From the NCBI GenBank assembly GCA_963727825.1, contig CAVSHO010000009.1:224001-288000 (forward strand): DNA of 64,000 nt, read 5' to 3'. Below the pieces are notes generated by a model that had not been told where the DNA came from, did no database searches, and was given only the letters and a program-made list of their open reading frames with translations. Source of the DNA: Ignavibacteriota bacterium. Its GTDB lineage: Bacteria > Bacteroidota > Ignavibacteria > UBA10030. How positions within the stretch are numbered: position 1 is the stretch's first letter; each line of letters starts with the position of its first letter. Shown here in pieces: positions 20,972-30,282 of this stretch. Made by a program: the position numbers and the translations under genes.

Positions 20972-22639
20972 TTACGCTTTATTGCGGATGAATAACCGCT
21001 TCAGCTTTTTCCTGATGCCGCCGCGGCCTTCTTCCATTGATGCCATCAGAGTGCGCCAGTCACTTTCCGGTGCTGGATGCGTAGATTGCGAAGAAGATGG
21101 CTTTTTTATGAATCTTGGTTTCTCATCTGAAATTGCTTGCCGACTTCTGTTATCATTTCGATGATCAAGCGGTTTAAATTCACTATGCGGTTTGCCAGAA
21201 TATTCTGAACGACGTTGTTCATCGTGCGGCCGTTTTGTAAAGTCTGTCCGACGCTGTTCACTATGCGGCCGCTTTGTGAAATCTGCCTGCCGTTGCTCAC
21301 TATGTGGTCGTTCTGTGGACTCTGTACGTCGCTGTTCACTGTATGGCCGTCTTGAGGACTCTGTGCTGCGATGCTCGCGATACGGCTTTCCAGAAGATTC
21401 TGAGTGCCGGTGTTCTCGATGGTCGTCTCTTCTGCCATGTCCACCATCGCGTCGTTCGCGCGGGATTTTTTCTTCACTATGTTTTCCAGGAATGGGCGGC
21501 CTTTTTGCATAATCGAATCCAGGATACCGCTTCAACTCAAAATGCTTATCGGTAAAACGTTCAATGCTCTTTAGATATTTCAATTCTTGATTCGATACGA
21601 ATGTAATAGCATCACCGGTTGCAGATGCTCTGCCTGTGCGCCCGATACGGTGAATATAATCTTCTGCAAATGTTGGCGTATCGAAATTCACCACATGCGA
21701 AATTCCTTCTACATCAATACCGCGTGCTGCAATGTCGGTCGCAACCATTACTTTATATTGCCCCTGTTTGAATCCTGCCAAAGCCCGCTGTCTTTGAGCT
21801 TGCGTCCGGTTAGAATGGATGGCAATAGCTTTAATACCACCCCGTTCAAGTCTATTTGATATCTTATCCGCGCCATGTTTCGTACGGGAGAAGATCAAAA
21901 TACTGTCCATCTCCTCTGTCTTGAGAATGTGGAAAAGCAAATCTATTTTTAATTCTTGCGGTGACGAATAAAAATACTGCTTCACGGTTTCAACCGGGCG
22001 TCGTTGTTCTCCAATCTCGATCAACTCGGGTTTGTTTTGAATAGAAGCAACAAGTCCCTTCACTTCCTTCGACATCGTTGCGGAGAACAACAGCGTCTGC
22101 CGCTTAGCAGGAATCTTTGCAATGATCCTGCGAACATCATCGATGAAACCCATATCGAACATACGGTCCGCTTCGTCGAGTACTAAAATTTCAACATGCG
22201 ATAAATCGATTGTGCGCCGGCTGATATGATCAAGCAAACGCCCCGGTGTGGCAAATACAATATCCACGCCGCGTCGAAGACGCCTGATTTGGTTTTCCAT
22301 ATTGACACCGCCAAAAATGGCGATACTTTGTAAACCGGCAAAGCGGCCGTAGGCCGCAGTAAATTCTTCTCCTTGTTGCGCAAGTTCGCGTGTCGGCGTT
22401 AGAACAAGGCCGCGGGTTAAATGTCCCTTAATTTGCGGTCTTTCTTTCATAAAATGATTCAGCATCGGCAGAGCAAATGCTGCAGTCTTTCCGGTGCCTG
22501 TTCGTGCACAACCGATAATATCGCGGCCTGCAACAGCTAATGGAATAGCGCGTTCCTGAATTGCAGTTGGCGCAGTATATCCCGTAGCGAAAATGCCTTG
22601 CACAAGTTCATCGGCAAGGCCAAGTTTTGAAAATGGCAT
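20972..22639 (-). CDS. rhlE: DEAD-box RNA helicase (RhlE-like) with repetitive charged C-terminal tail
   Basis: Q motif, TGTGKT, PTRELA, TPGRL, DEAD, SAT, ARGID, HRIGRTGR. Start at MPFSKLG (22639). Confidence 0.85.
   Translation of the reverse strand: MPFSKLGLADELVQGIFATGYTAPTAIQERAIPLAVAGRDIIGCARTGTGKTAAFALPMLNHFMKERPQIKGHLTRGLVLTPTRELAQQGEEFTAAYGRFAGLQSIAIFGGVNMENQIRRLRRGVDIVFATPGRLLDHISRRTIDLSHVEILVLDEADRMFDMGFIDDVRRIIAKIPAKRQTLLFSATMSKEVKGLVASIQNKPELIEIGEQRRPVETVKQYFYSSPQELKIDLLFHILKTEEMDSILIFSRTKHGADKISNRLERGGIKAIAIHSNRTQAQRQRALAGFKQGQYKVMVATDIAARGIDVEGISHVVNFDTPTFAEDYIHRIGRTGRASATGDAITFVSNQELKYLKSIERFTDKHFELKRYPGFDYAKRPPIPGKHSEEKIPRERRDGGHGRRDDHREHRHSESSGKPYREHRSTESSRRPYSEQRRTESTERPHSEQRQADFTKRPHSEQRRTDFTKRPHDEQRRSEYSGKPHSEFKPLDHRNDNRSRQAISDEKPRFIKKPSSSQSTHPAPESDWRTLMASMEEGRGGIRKKLKRLFIRNKA
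21180..21422 (-). repeat. In-frame 39-bp (13-aa) degenerate tandem repeat, about 6 copies
   Basis: HREHRHSESSGKP/YREHRSTESSRRP/YSEQRRTESTERP/HSEQRQADFTKRP/HSEQRRTDFTKRP/HDEQRRSEYSGKP. Confidence 0.85.
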
Positions 22640-22863
22640 AAATATATCCTTACAATAAAAATGAGGAAACACGCTTTACAGGATAGAAAACTTGCAGAAG
22701 ATAAACTCCGCCGGCGTGCGGATATGCCATTTCAAAGAATGTATAAGTGCGCTTTTGAGATGACTTGAAAAGAAGAACACATAATTGGTTAGTTCTTCCG
22801 TGCAGTACCTTAGTGTCGGTCCTTCTATCTCAGAACCATCACTTCGCCACATTGAGTAGAATC

Positions 22864-22883
22864 CCTGCCTGCCGGCAGGCAGG
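22864..22883. repeat. Perfect 20-bp palindrome CCTGCCTGCCGGCAGGCAGG inserted in a hairpin
   Basis: Removing it gives ATCCGATC-ACA-GATCGGAT. Confidence 0.85.
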
Positions 22884-23111
22884 CGATCACAGATCGGATC
22901 ATTTACTCATTAACATCCGATGTTATCATCGGACACTATCAATAATTGCTTCTTGGTTATGGCGATTGCTAAATTGTCATCAGAGAGCGAGTCTCAAATG
23001 TCCGCTTCCGATGCTCAATTGCACGGATGCGGGTAGCCGCTATTTGCGGCTATAAATAAGATACGGATTTTTATTCCGAGTTCCTATGGAATTGTCATCC
23101 CATTTTTTTCT

Positions 23112-23183
23112 AGTTGAGAGGGAGTTCTACTCCCGACCTTAACCTATAACCTCTTTGTTCGGGAGAACATCTCCCTCACAACT
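23112..23183. repeat. Inverted REP-like doublet
   Basis: AGTTGAGAGGGAGTTCTACTCCCGAC ... GTTCGGGAGAACATCTCCCTCACAACT. Each half has its own GGGAG/CTCCC hairpin. Confidence 0.65.
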
Positions 23184-23255
23184 TGGTAAGTACATATTGA
23201 TCCACGCATTTTATAAGTTTGAAGTAACAATCTTTTCATGCAATATTGTAAGCGT

Positions 23256-24424
23256 ATGAGTACAGATGTCATCATCATTGGAGCAGGCGCAGCAGGATTA
23301 ATGTGCGCCATCGAGGCTGGCAAGCGAGGCCGCTCCGTCCTTGTTCTGGATCATAACAAGAAGATCGGTCAGAAAATCCGAATCTCTGGCGGCGGCAGAT
23401 GTAATTTCACAAACAGAACCGCAAACCCATCGAACTTCATCTCACAGAACCCACACTTCTGTAAATCTGCACTGGCACGATACACATCGGCAGATTTTAT
23501 TTCGCTGATTGAAAAGCATGGCATTCAGTATCACGAAAGAGAACATGGACAATTATTTTGTGATGGCAGTGCAGAACAAATTATTCACATGTTATTTGAA
23601 GAATGCCGGAGCGTCGGAGTTACCATACAGACCGACTCGAAGATTAAAAGATCACAAAGCTGGAAGATGGATTTGAATTGATCACTGATCACTCAACATT
23701 GATCACTGCTCATCTCGTCATTGCTACAGGCGGACTTTCAATTCCAAAGATAGGTGCAACAAATTTCGGTCTCAAGATTGCAGAACAATTCGGTATCAAC
23801 ATCATTCCACCAAAGCCAGGACTCGTGCCGCTAACCTTTCATTCTAAGGACTTTGATGCCTTCAAAAATTTAAGCGGCATTTCGTTTGATGCAGAAGTTC
23901 GATGCAACAAAATATTCTTTCGTGAAAACATGCTATTAACGCATCGAGGTTTAAGCGGTCCTGCTATTTTACAGATTTCATCTTACTGGAACCCCGGAAA
24001 TTCTATTTCTGTCAACCTTCTTCCCGGTATTGATATTCTTGACGTGTTGAAAGGAAATCATCGGAGCAAGAAACAACTCGCAACTATCTTGGAACAATTT
24101 CTCCCTTCGCGTTTTGTCAAAGTCTGGTTAGAACATCGAGGTGGTTCAAAACCATTGAGTCAATATTTAGCTTCTGAGCTTAAAGAAATTGTCCGGCATT
24201 TAAGCGATTGGCAGATTACACCTTCAGGAACTGAAGGTTATCCAAAAGCTGAAGTGACGGTCGGCGGAGTTGATACAAAAGAATTATCATCGAAAACGAT
24301 GGAAACGAAAAAGGTACCGGGACTCTATTTCATTGGAGAAGTAGTTGATGTTACCGGTTGGCTTGGAGGATACAATTTTCAATGGGCTTGGTCGTCCGGT
24401 TGGGCAGCGGGACAGGTGGTGTGA
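23256..24424 (+). CDS. BaiN/YhiN (HI0933-family) NAD(P)/FAD-dependent oxidoreductase, -1 frameshift near 23648
   Basis: IIGAGAAG, KIRISGGGRCNFTN, ATGGLSIPKIG, THRGLSGP, AEVTVGGV, GWLGGYNFQWAWSSG. Adding one A in ATTAAAAG joins the two ORFs. Confidence 0.9.
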
Positions 24425-24518
24425 AAAGCAGAAAGCAGTTCTCAGTTATCAGTAATCAGTAACTGATGTTACGCACTAATAATTTTTATGAAGGATTTAT
24501 AGTTCTTTATATGATGGT

Positions 24519-24595
24519 CCACCTCCCTATCCCGACCCGATTTTGTATCGTGTCGGGATTTCCCCTCCTCAAACGAGGAGGGGAGAAAGGGGTAG
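24519..24595. repeat. Composite CCCCTCC/GGAGGGG hairpin repeat with nested ATCCCGAC...GTCGGGAT palindrome; IS3 insertion site
   Basis: TCCCCTCCTC-AAAC-GAGGAGGGGA at 24561-24584 and ATCCCGAC/GTCGGGAT at 24529-24559. Confidence 0.7.
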
Positions 24596-24667
24596 TGGAG
24601 TGCACCCCTTGCGTGAGACAAATATTTTGAGTATTAAGATGGACATATTTCCGAGAGGAGATGTCCC

Positions 24668-25000
24668 ATGTCAGTTACACGCAAGCGGTTCACCCGTGAA
24701 TTTAAATTACAAGTAATTCGAGCCTATGAATCAGGCACAACGGTCGGTGAGTTAACCCGACAATTTGATATTCATCCGAATCTTATTTATAAATGGAGCC
24801 AAGAGTATCGTAATAATCCTACAGGAGCATTCCACGGTACAGCCAGTGCCAATGAAGTACCTCAACAAGCCGAGCAACGAGTGGCTGAACTTGAACGCAT
24901 CATTGGCCGATTGACAGTGGAGAATGATTTTTTAAAAAAAGCCTTGCAGCATGCCAAAACCATATTGGCCGAACCAAACGACAGACCTATCAAGCCATAA
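24668..25000 (+). CDS. IS3 transposase OrfA (HTH)
   Basis: RKRFTREFKLQVI..HPNLIYKW, ENDFLKKA. GAGGAG RBS. Confidence 0.92.
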   Translation: MSVTRKRFTREFKLQVIRAYESGTTVGELTRQFDIHPNLIYKWSQEYRNNPTGAFHGTASANEVPQQAEQRVAELERIIGRLTVENDFLKKALQHAKTILAEPNDRPIKP

Positions 25001-25872
25001 TGAATGGACTGATTGACCATATTGACATCGATTTAACGATCCAGGAGTGTTGTCGCCTCTCTGGTATTCCACGATCAAGTTATTATCGCCAGCACAACGT
25101 CCAGAGGCAAATAGATCCCGTTGAAGGGCAAGTGCACCAAGTCTGTCGTGAACATCCACGTTATGGGTATCGACGTGTCACCAAAGAATTATATCGTCGT
25201 GGTTTAAAAGCGAATCATAAACGAGTTTTAGCCTTGATGCGCAAGGGAAATATCCTCTGCCGCATAAAACGACGTTTTGTTCATACGACCGATTCACGGC
25301 ATAACTTACCGATTTACCCAAATGTGGCACGATCACTTGTCGTTACACGACCCAACGAACTTTGGGTTGCCGATATCACCTATGTGCGCTTGCTTCGTGG
25401 CTTTGCCTATCTGGCGGTCATCCTTGATGCATTTAGTCGCCGAGTTGTTGGCTGGGCAATGAGTATGCACATTGATACAAAGTTGAGCTTGGCTGCATTA
25501 ACGATGGCTTTGGAAACGCGTTTTGTTGCCAATGGTCTGGTGCATCATTCGGACCGTGGCGTGCAGTACGCCTCCAGCGACTACGTTGCTCTCTTGAAGT
25601 CAAAGAACATTGTCATTAGCATGAGCCGCAAGGGGAATCCTTATGACAATGCTATGGCAGAATCATTTATGAAAACTCTCAAGTCCGAAGAAGTCTCATT
25701 AAACGAATATGAAACCTTCTCCGATGCAAAACTAAATATCGAACACTTCATCGATCTTGTTTATAATAATAAACGGCTTCATTCGTCCATCGGTTATATA
25801 ACCCCGGTTGAGTCTGAAGCTCCATATATAAACGGTTCCACCTTAGTTCAACAAAATTATGTCTCAGTTTAG
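25000..25872 (+). CDS. IS3 transposase OrfB (DDE integrase core)
   Basis: YGYRRV, WVADITY, HHSDRGVQY, DNAMAESF..LKSE, YNNKRLHSSIGY. Confidence 0.95.
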   Translation: MNGLIDHIDIDLTIQECCRLSGIPRSSYYRQHNVQRQIDPVEGQVHQVCREHPRYGYRRVTKELYRRGLKANHKRVLALMRKGNILCRIKRRFVHTTDSRHNLPIYPNVARSLVVTRPNELWVADITYVRLLRGFAYLAVILDAFSRRVVGWAMSMHIDTKLSLAALTMALETRFVANGLVHHSDRGVQYASSDYVALLKSKNIVISMSRKGNPYDNAMAESFMKTLKSEEVSLNEYETFSDAKLNIEHFIDLVYNNKRLHSSIGYITPVESEAPYINGSTLVQQNYVSV

Positions 25873-25972
25873 GGGTTCACTCCATAGTGTACTTTGTTCT
25901 ATTATATTCCATGTTTATCAACATAAAAGATGGTTTTGCGTAACATCAGTCAGTAATAAAATATTTGTTAAA

Positions 25973-26003
25973 CAAAACCCGCGTCGATTTCTCAACGCGG
26001 GTT
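25973..26003 (-). terminator. Terminator of the M16 peptidase gene
   Basis: AACCCGCGT...ACGCGGGTT stem with TTTT on the minus strand. Confidence 0.7.
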
Positions 26004-26033
26004 ATCTCTTTACTGATAACAGTTAACTCACAA

Positions 26034-28796
26034 TTACTTTATTACATTTCCATTGCTGTCAATCAGTTTCACTTCGCCATATCCGAGTTCGCGGATTCCT
26101 GCTTCAATCTTTGAACGATCACCAACTACTATCCAAATTAAGTTGTCCGGATACACAACTTTTTTTGCCGCATCTGCGATATTATCAAGATTTAAGCTTT
26201 TAATTTTCTTGACGAAAGTTTCAAAGTAATCGTCACGATAATCGAAACGAACCATTTCGGCAATAGAACCGATAACTGCATTATTGGTTTCCCAAGAACC
26301 GGGAAGTTCGAGCGTCAAGTTGCTTTGTACTTTAGCCAATTCATCGGCAGTAGCCGGGCGCGGGCCAAGAATGTCCCGGAGTTCCTTGTTCAGTTCTATC
26401 ATTGATTCTTTTGTCTTGTCCGTCTGCACAATACCATAGGCAATGAACGGCTGCTGTCCGCGTGCATTATACACGAAACTACCAGAACCGTACGACCAAT
26501 GTTTATCTTCTCGTAAATTCATATTGATGCGAGAAGTAAAAGCGCCGCCTAAGATTGTATTCATAGCATCAATTGCGATTGCGGCTGGATCGTTCTTCGG
26601 CACAGTCACGTTTACAGGAAAAATAATCGATTGCAGTGACCCGGGTTTATCTAAGATGTATACACTCGATTTAGCCGGCAGATTAACTATCGCCAGATTT
26701 TTCTTCGGCACTTCTCCGGCTTTCCAACCGCTGAATAACTTTTCTAACCGCGGCTTCAATTCATTCATTGTAATATCGCCGACAACAATCATCGTGGCTG
26801 CGTTCGGTTTGATCCACGTTTGATAGAATTTTACCATGTCATCGCGCGTCATCTTCGCCACTGTTTCTTCCGTACCGGAACCAGTGAGCGGAGTACTATA
26901 TGCGTGATCGTTTCCGTATAGCAATTTAGGCAGCACACGCAATCCCATTTGTATGGGCTGAGTTTTTTCCCGTTGAATACCGGCAATCGTTTGTTTCTGC
27001 AGACGATCAAAGTCCTCCTTCGGGAATGACGGCTTCAACACGACATCTGCATATATAGCAAGCGAAGCATCCAAGTTTGCTTTGAGTGCAGAAAGAGAAA
27101 TGGTGGACATGTCAAGATTTGATCCTGTGCTCAGGTTCGCACCAAGCATCGCCAATTCTTCACTAATCTGCAAAGCATTGCGTGTCGTCGTTCCTTCGTC
27201 CATCATCTTCATTGCAAGGTTTGCTGTACCAGGAGATGCAAATTGATCTGCGGCATATCCCGCATCAAATAACAAATTGAAGTTTACTACGGGCACGGAT
27301 TTCCGTTCGGCAAGAATCACTTTAAGCCCATTGGATAAAACCGTACGCTCAAGTTTTGGAAACATTGCTTCCGGAGCTTCTCCAGTTTTGGGTAATGTTT
27401 TGCGAACGACTGTATCTGTTTTAGTTTCGGAATAATTCGGGAACGGATATATTTCAAGCACATACACGCCATCAGAAAGCCACTGCTTTGCTACATTGTG
27501 TAAATCTTTCACGGTCGCACTTTGCACTTGCTTTAATGTCGTCTTGTAAAAATCGGGCGAGCCGCCAAAAACTTGATTCATTGCAAGAATGTCGGACTTA
27601 CCTCCGAATCCGCCGATGCGCTCGATGCCGCGAACGAATCTTGCGACATATTGAGTTTTTACACGCTCAAGTTCTTTTGCCGTAGGACCGGATTTCATAA
27701 TCTTGGCAAGTTCCTCATCGAGAGCGGCTTCGACTTTTTTCAAATCGTCACCCGGTTTTGCCGTAACTTCAATGTAGAATTGACTTGCAATTTCTCTTTC
27801 ATCGAGATACGAGTTCACGTTTGTTGCAATCTGGTCATCGTACACAAGGCGCTTGTAAAGGCGTGAGGTTTTCCCGGAGGCAAGAACATTTGTTAAGAGC
27901 TTTAAGTATTGAAATTCTGCTGTTCCCCATTGCGGAATGTTCCAAACTTTATAAATGCGTGCCTGAGGCACGCGATCTTGTGCAACCTGTCGCTGTTCAC
28001 CGGTTCGCTTTGCGGTCCATGAATTGAAATGCGCCACAGGCGGCCCGGATGGAATATCGCCAAAATATTTCTTCACTTTTTCCAATGCTGTGTTTGCATC
28101 AATATCGCCTGCAACTACCAAGACCGCATTCGCTGCTCCATAATACGTTTTGAACCAGTCCTTCACATCATCAAGCGATGCCGCATTTAAATCTTCCATT
28201 GAACCGATCACAGTATGCGCGTATGGATGCTCTGCCGGCCAGGTCGCCTTCGTGATAAGCTCCTCAGAAATCGCATAGGGTTCATTCTCTCCCTGTCTTT
28301 TTTCGTTTTGCACAACACCGCGTTGTTCATCTAATTTCTTTTGACTGATGGCACCAACCAAGTGTCCCATCCGGTCCGATTCCATCCAGAGTGCAAGGTC
28401 TACCGCATTTGTCGGAACATTTTGAAAATAATTCGTACGGTCTTCACTTGTAGTACCGTTGAGATCGGTCGCACCGACGCGTTCCATTATTTGGAAATAA
28501 TCATCGTCATAATTCTCGCTGCCGTTGAACATCAAATGTTCAAACAGATGTGCAAAACCCGTGCGCCTCTCTTTCTCATTTTTTGATCCGACGTGGTACC
28601 AAACGTTCACCGCAACTATTGGCGACTTATGATCTTCATGCACAATTAACGTGAGACCGTTCTCCAGCACAAACTTTTTATACTGAATATCAATTTCGGG
28701 CGTGTTTTTCTTCGGACTTTGTTTTTGCGCAACCAGGAGAAGAGGAAAAACCGATACGGTGAAAAGGATTAGACCAAACAACAAAGAAGTTTTCAT
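26034..28796 (-). CDS. M16 family (pitrilysin-like) zinc protease, exported, two-domain
   Basis: HLFEHLMF inverted zincin motif, NGTTSEDRTNY, second LSNGL repeat, SRINMNLREDKHWSY. GGAGG RBS before MKTSLLFG. Confidence 0.95.
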   Translation of the reverse strand: MKTSLLFGLILFTVSVFPLLLVAQKQSPKKNTPEIDIQYKKFVLENGLTLIVHEDHKSPIVAVNVWYHVGSKNEKERRTGFAHLFEHLMFNGSENYDDDYFQIMERVGATDLNGTTSEDRTNYFQNVPTNAVDLALWMESDRMGHLVGAISQKKLDEQRGVVQNEKRQGENEPYAISEELITKATWPAEHPYAHTVIGSMEDLNAASLDDVKDWFKTYYGAANAVLVVAGDIDANTALEKVKKYFGDIPSGPPVAHFNSWTAKRTGEQRQVAQDRVPQARIYKVWNIPQWGTAEFQYLKLLTNVLASGKTSRLYKRLVYDDQIATNVNSYLDEREIASQFYIEVTAKPGDDLKKVEAALDEELAKIMKSGPTAKELERVKTQYVARFVRGIERIGGFGGKSDILAMNQVFGGSPDFYKTTLKQVQSATVKDLHNVAKQWLSDGVYVLEIYPFPNYSETKTDTVVRKTLPKTGEAPEAMFPKLERTVLSNGLKVILAERKSVPVVNFNLLFDAGYAADQFASPGTANLAMKMMDEGTTTRNALQISEELAMLGANLSTGSNLDMSTISLSALKANLDASLAIYADVVLKPSFPKEDFDRLQKQTIAGIQREKTQPIQMGLRVLPKLLYGNDHAYSTPLTGSGTEETVAKMTRDDMVKFYQTWIKPNAATMIVVGDITMNELKPRLEKLFSGWKAGEVPKKNLAIVNLPAKSSVYILDKPGSLQSIIFPVNVTVPKNDPAAIAIDAMNTILGGAFTSRINMNLREDKHWSYGSGSFVYNARGQQPFIAYGIVQTDKTKESMIELNKELRDILGPRPATADELAKVQSNLTLELPGSWETNNAVIGSIAEMVRFDYRDDYFETFVKKIKSLNLDNIADAAKKVVYPDNLIWIVVGDRSKIEAGIRELGYGEVKLIDSNGNVIK

Positions 28797-29152
28797 AGGC
28801 CCTCCTTGAATTTGAGCATAGGTAAATTGGAATAAATAAAAGAATAGATATTGAAGTGTCATAGGCTGTTCTTATAACGGATAAATAGAGTAAAAAGTTG
28901 CGATGAGAAGCTACTGAATTACAATTAGAAAGACAAGAAGCCAAGAATAAAACCGGCAAGTTCTTCCGGTGCATCTACGGGGACAAAATAACCGGCATTT
29001 TTATAGTTACAAGTTCAAATTGAAGAATTAGCGTGAATACCTTCAGAAAACCTTAACGGATTAACGAAAAAGCATTTATATTTAATTTTGCATATCGATT
29101 GTCCAGGTGGTACATTAAAAATATTATGCTACCATACAAAGGAAATAGCGAT

Positions 29153-30064
29153 TTGAAGACTACAACGTTAACACTTAACACACCTCATGATTTCGACTTT
29201 TTGCGAACAGTGTACAGTCATGGCTGGTGTTCCTTGCTTCCGTTCAGTGTGGACAAAGAGCATCGGGCATTGAACAGAATTCTTACATTGACTAATGGAT
29301 CGCTTGTCCTCTGCCGGATATCAGATCAAAAAAATTCGCAGCTTAGCATCAAAATGAATAGCCCTGCATTATTGACCGCTGCTCACCGCTCCGAAGTCAT
29401 CCAGCAAATTATATCGTGTTTGCGATTGACAGAAGATTTCTCTGATTTCTATCGCGAGACTCGACGTTATCCGGAACATCGCTGGATTGCGAAGGCAAAA
29501 GCCGGACGTATGCTACGCTCACCATCTGTTTTTGAAGATGTGGTAAAAATGATTTGTACGACAAATTGCAGCTGGGCGCTTACCGAAATAATGGTGAGTA
29601 ATCTTGTTGAAGAATTTGGCAAAGCATTCGATGATTCAAAAAAATCATTTCCCTCACCAGAAGCTATTGCCGGTACAACAGATCGGTTCCTACGAAAGAA
29701 TATTAAGGCTGGTTATCGTTCTCCGTTTCTTCTGGAATTTGCCCAAAAAATTGCCGGCGGCAAATTAGATGTTGAATGCTGGCGCTCATCTGAACTCACA
29801 ACAGATGCACTCTTTAAAGAACTCCGTTCTATTAAAGGTGTTGGCGCATACTCAGCTGGCAATATTTTAAAACTGCTTGGCAGATACGACTATCTCGGAC
29901 TCGATTCATGGGTGCGAGCTCAGTACTATAAAATGTTTCATCAAGGAAGAACCGTTAGTGACCGTACGATTGAACGAAGATATACTCAGTTCGGAAAGTG
30001 GCGCGGGCTTTTCTTTTGGTTAGAAATGACAAAACACTGGTACGATCACGAGTTTCCATTCTAA
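29153..30064 (+). CDS. HhH-GPD DNA glycosylase (AlkA/Ogg-like)
   Basis: RSPSVFEDVVKMICTTN, FPSPE, AGYR, HhH motif LRSIKGVGAYSA, conserved Asp in LDSWV. Start uncertain (29099-29153). Confidence 0.85.
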   Translation: MKTTTLTLNTPHDFDFLRTVYSHGWCSLLPFSVDKEHRALNRILTLTNGSLVLCRISDQKNSQLSIKMNSPALLTAAHRSEVIQQIISCLRLTEDFSDFYRETRRYPEHRWIAKAKAGRMLRSPSVFEDVVKMICTTNCSWALTEIMVSNLVEEFGKAFDDSKKSFPSPEAIAGTTDRFLRKNIKAGYRSPFLLEFAQKIAGGKLDVECWRSSELTTDALFKELRSIKGVGAYSAGNILKLLGRYDYLGLDSWVRAQYYKMFHQGRTVSDRTIERRYTQFGKWRGLFFWLEMTKHWYDHEFPF

Positions 30065-30075
30065 GAATTATTAAA

Positions 30076-30273
30076 AGCCATCTCAAAAATGATTTTGAGT
30101 CACCCTGAGTCATGCTGAGCAAAGTCGAAGCACGAAGGGTGACGTGATATGCTACAGTTCAGACTTCGACTCGCCTGCTCGCTGACGTTCAAAGAATTTA
30201 GGCGATCTTACCAAGGACTTGTTCGGCAGGCAGGCAAGCTCAATCTGACAACAAGAATATTTTTGAGATAACT
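30076..30273. mobile_element. MITE-like element enclosing nested TGAGC-TTGTCGAAG-type hairpin repeats
   Basis: Terminal IRs AGCCATCTCAAAAAT / ATTTTTGAGATAACT. Internal GTCACCCTGAG[...]CGAAGGGTGAC and CTTCGAC[65 bp]AAGCTCA. Confidence 0.6.
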
Positions 30274-30282
30274 CCTATATGA

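Larger units (their letters stand above)
24596..25884 (+). mobile_element. IS3-family insertion sequence, 1289 bp, apparently intact
   Basis: 25-bp imperfect IRs TGGAGTGCACCCCTTGCGTGAGACA / TGTCTCAGTTTAGGGGTTCACTCCA with TG...CA ends, 3-bp target duplication TAG (24593-24595, 25885-25887), and orfA/orfB. Confidence 0.95.

Noticed and set aside
21180-21422. Possible CRISPR array from 39-bp periodicity
   Set aside because: The units are degenerate, in frame and have no unique spacers. No cas genes are in the window.
22765-23055. 96-aa ORF containing PACRQAG
   Set aside because: TTG start with no RBS. The PACRQAG peptide is just the translation of the 20-bp palindrome, and the region is better explained as the helicase leader.
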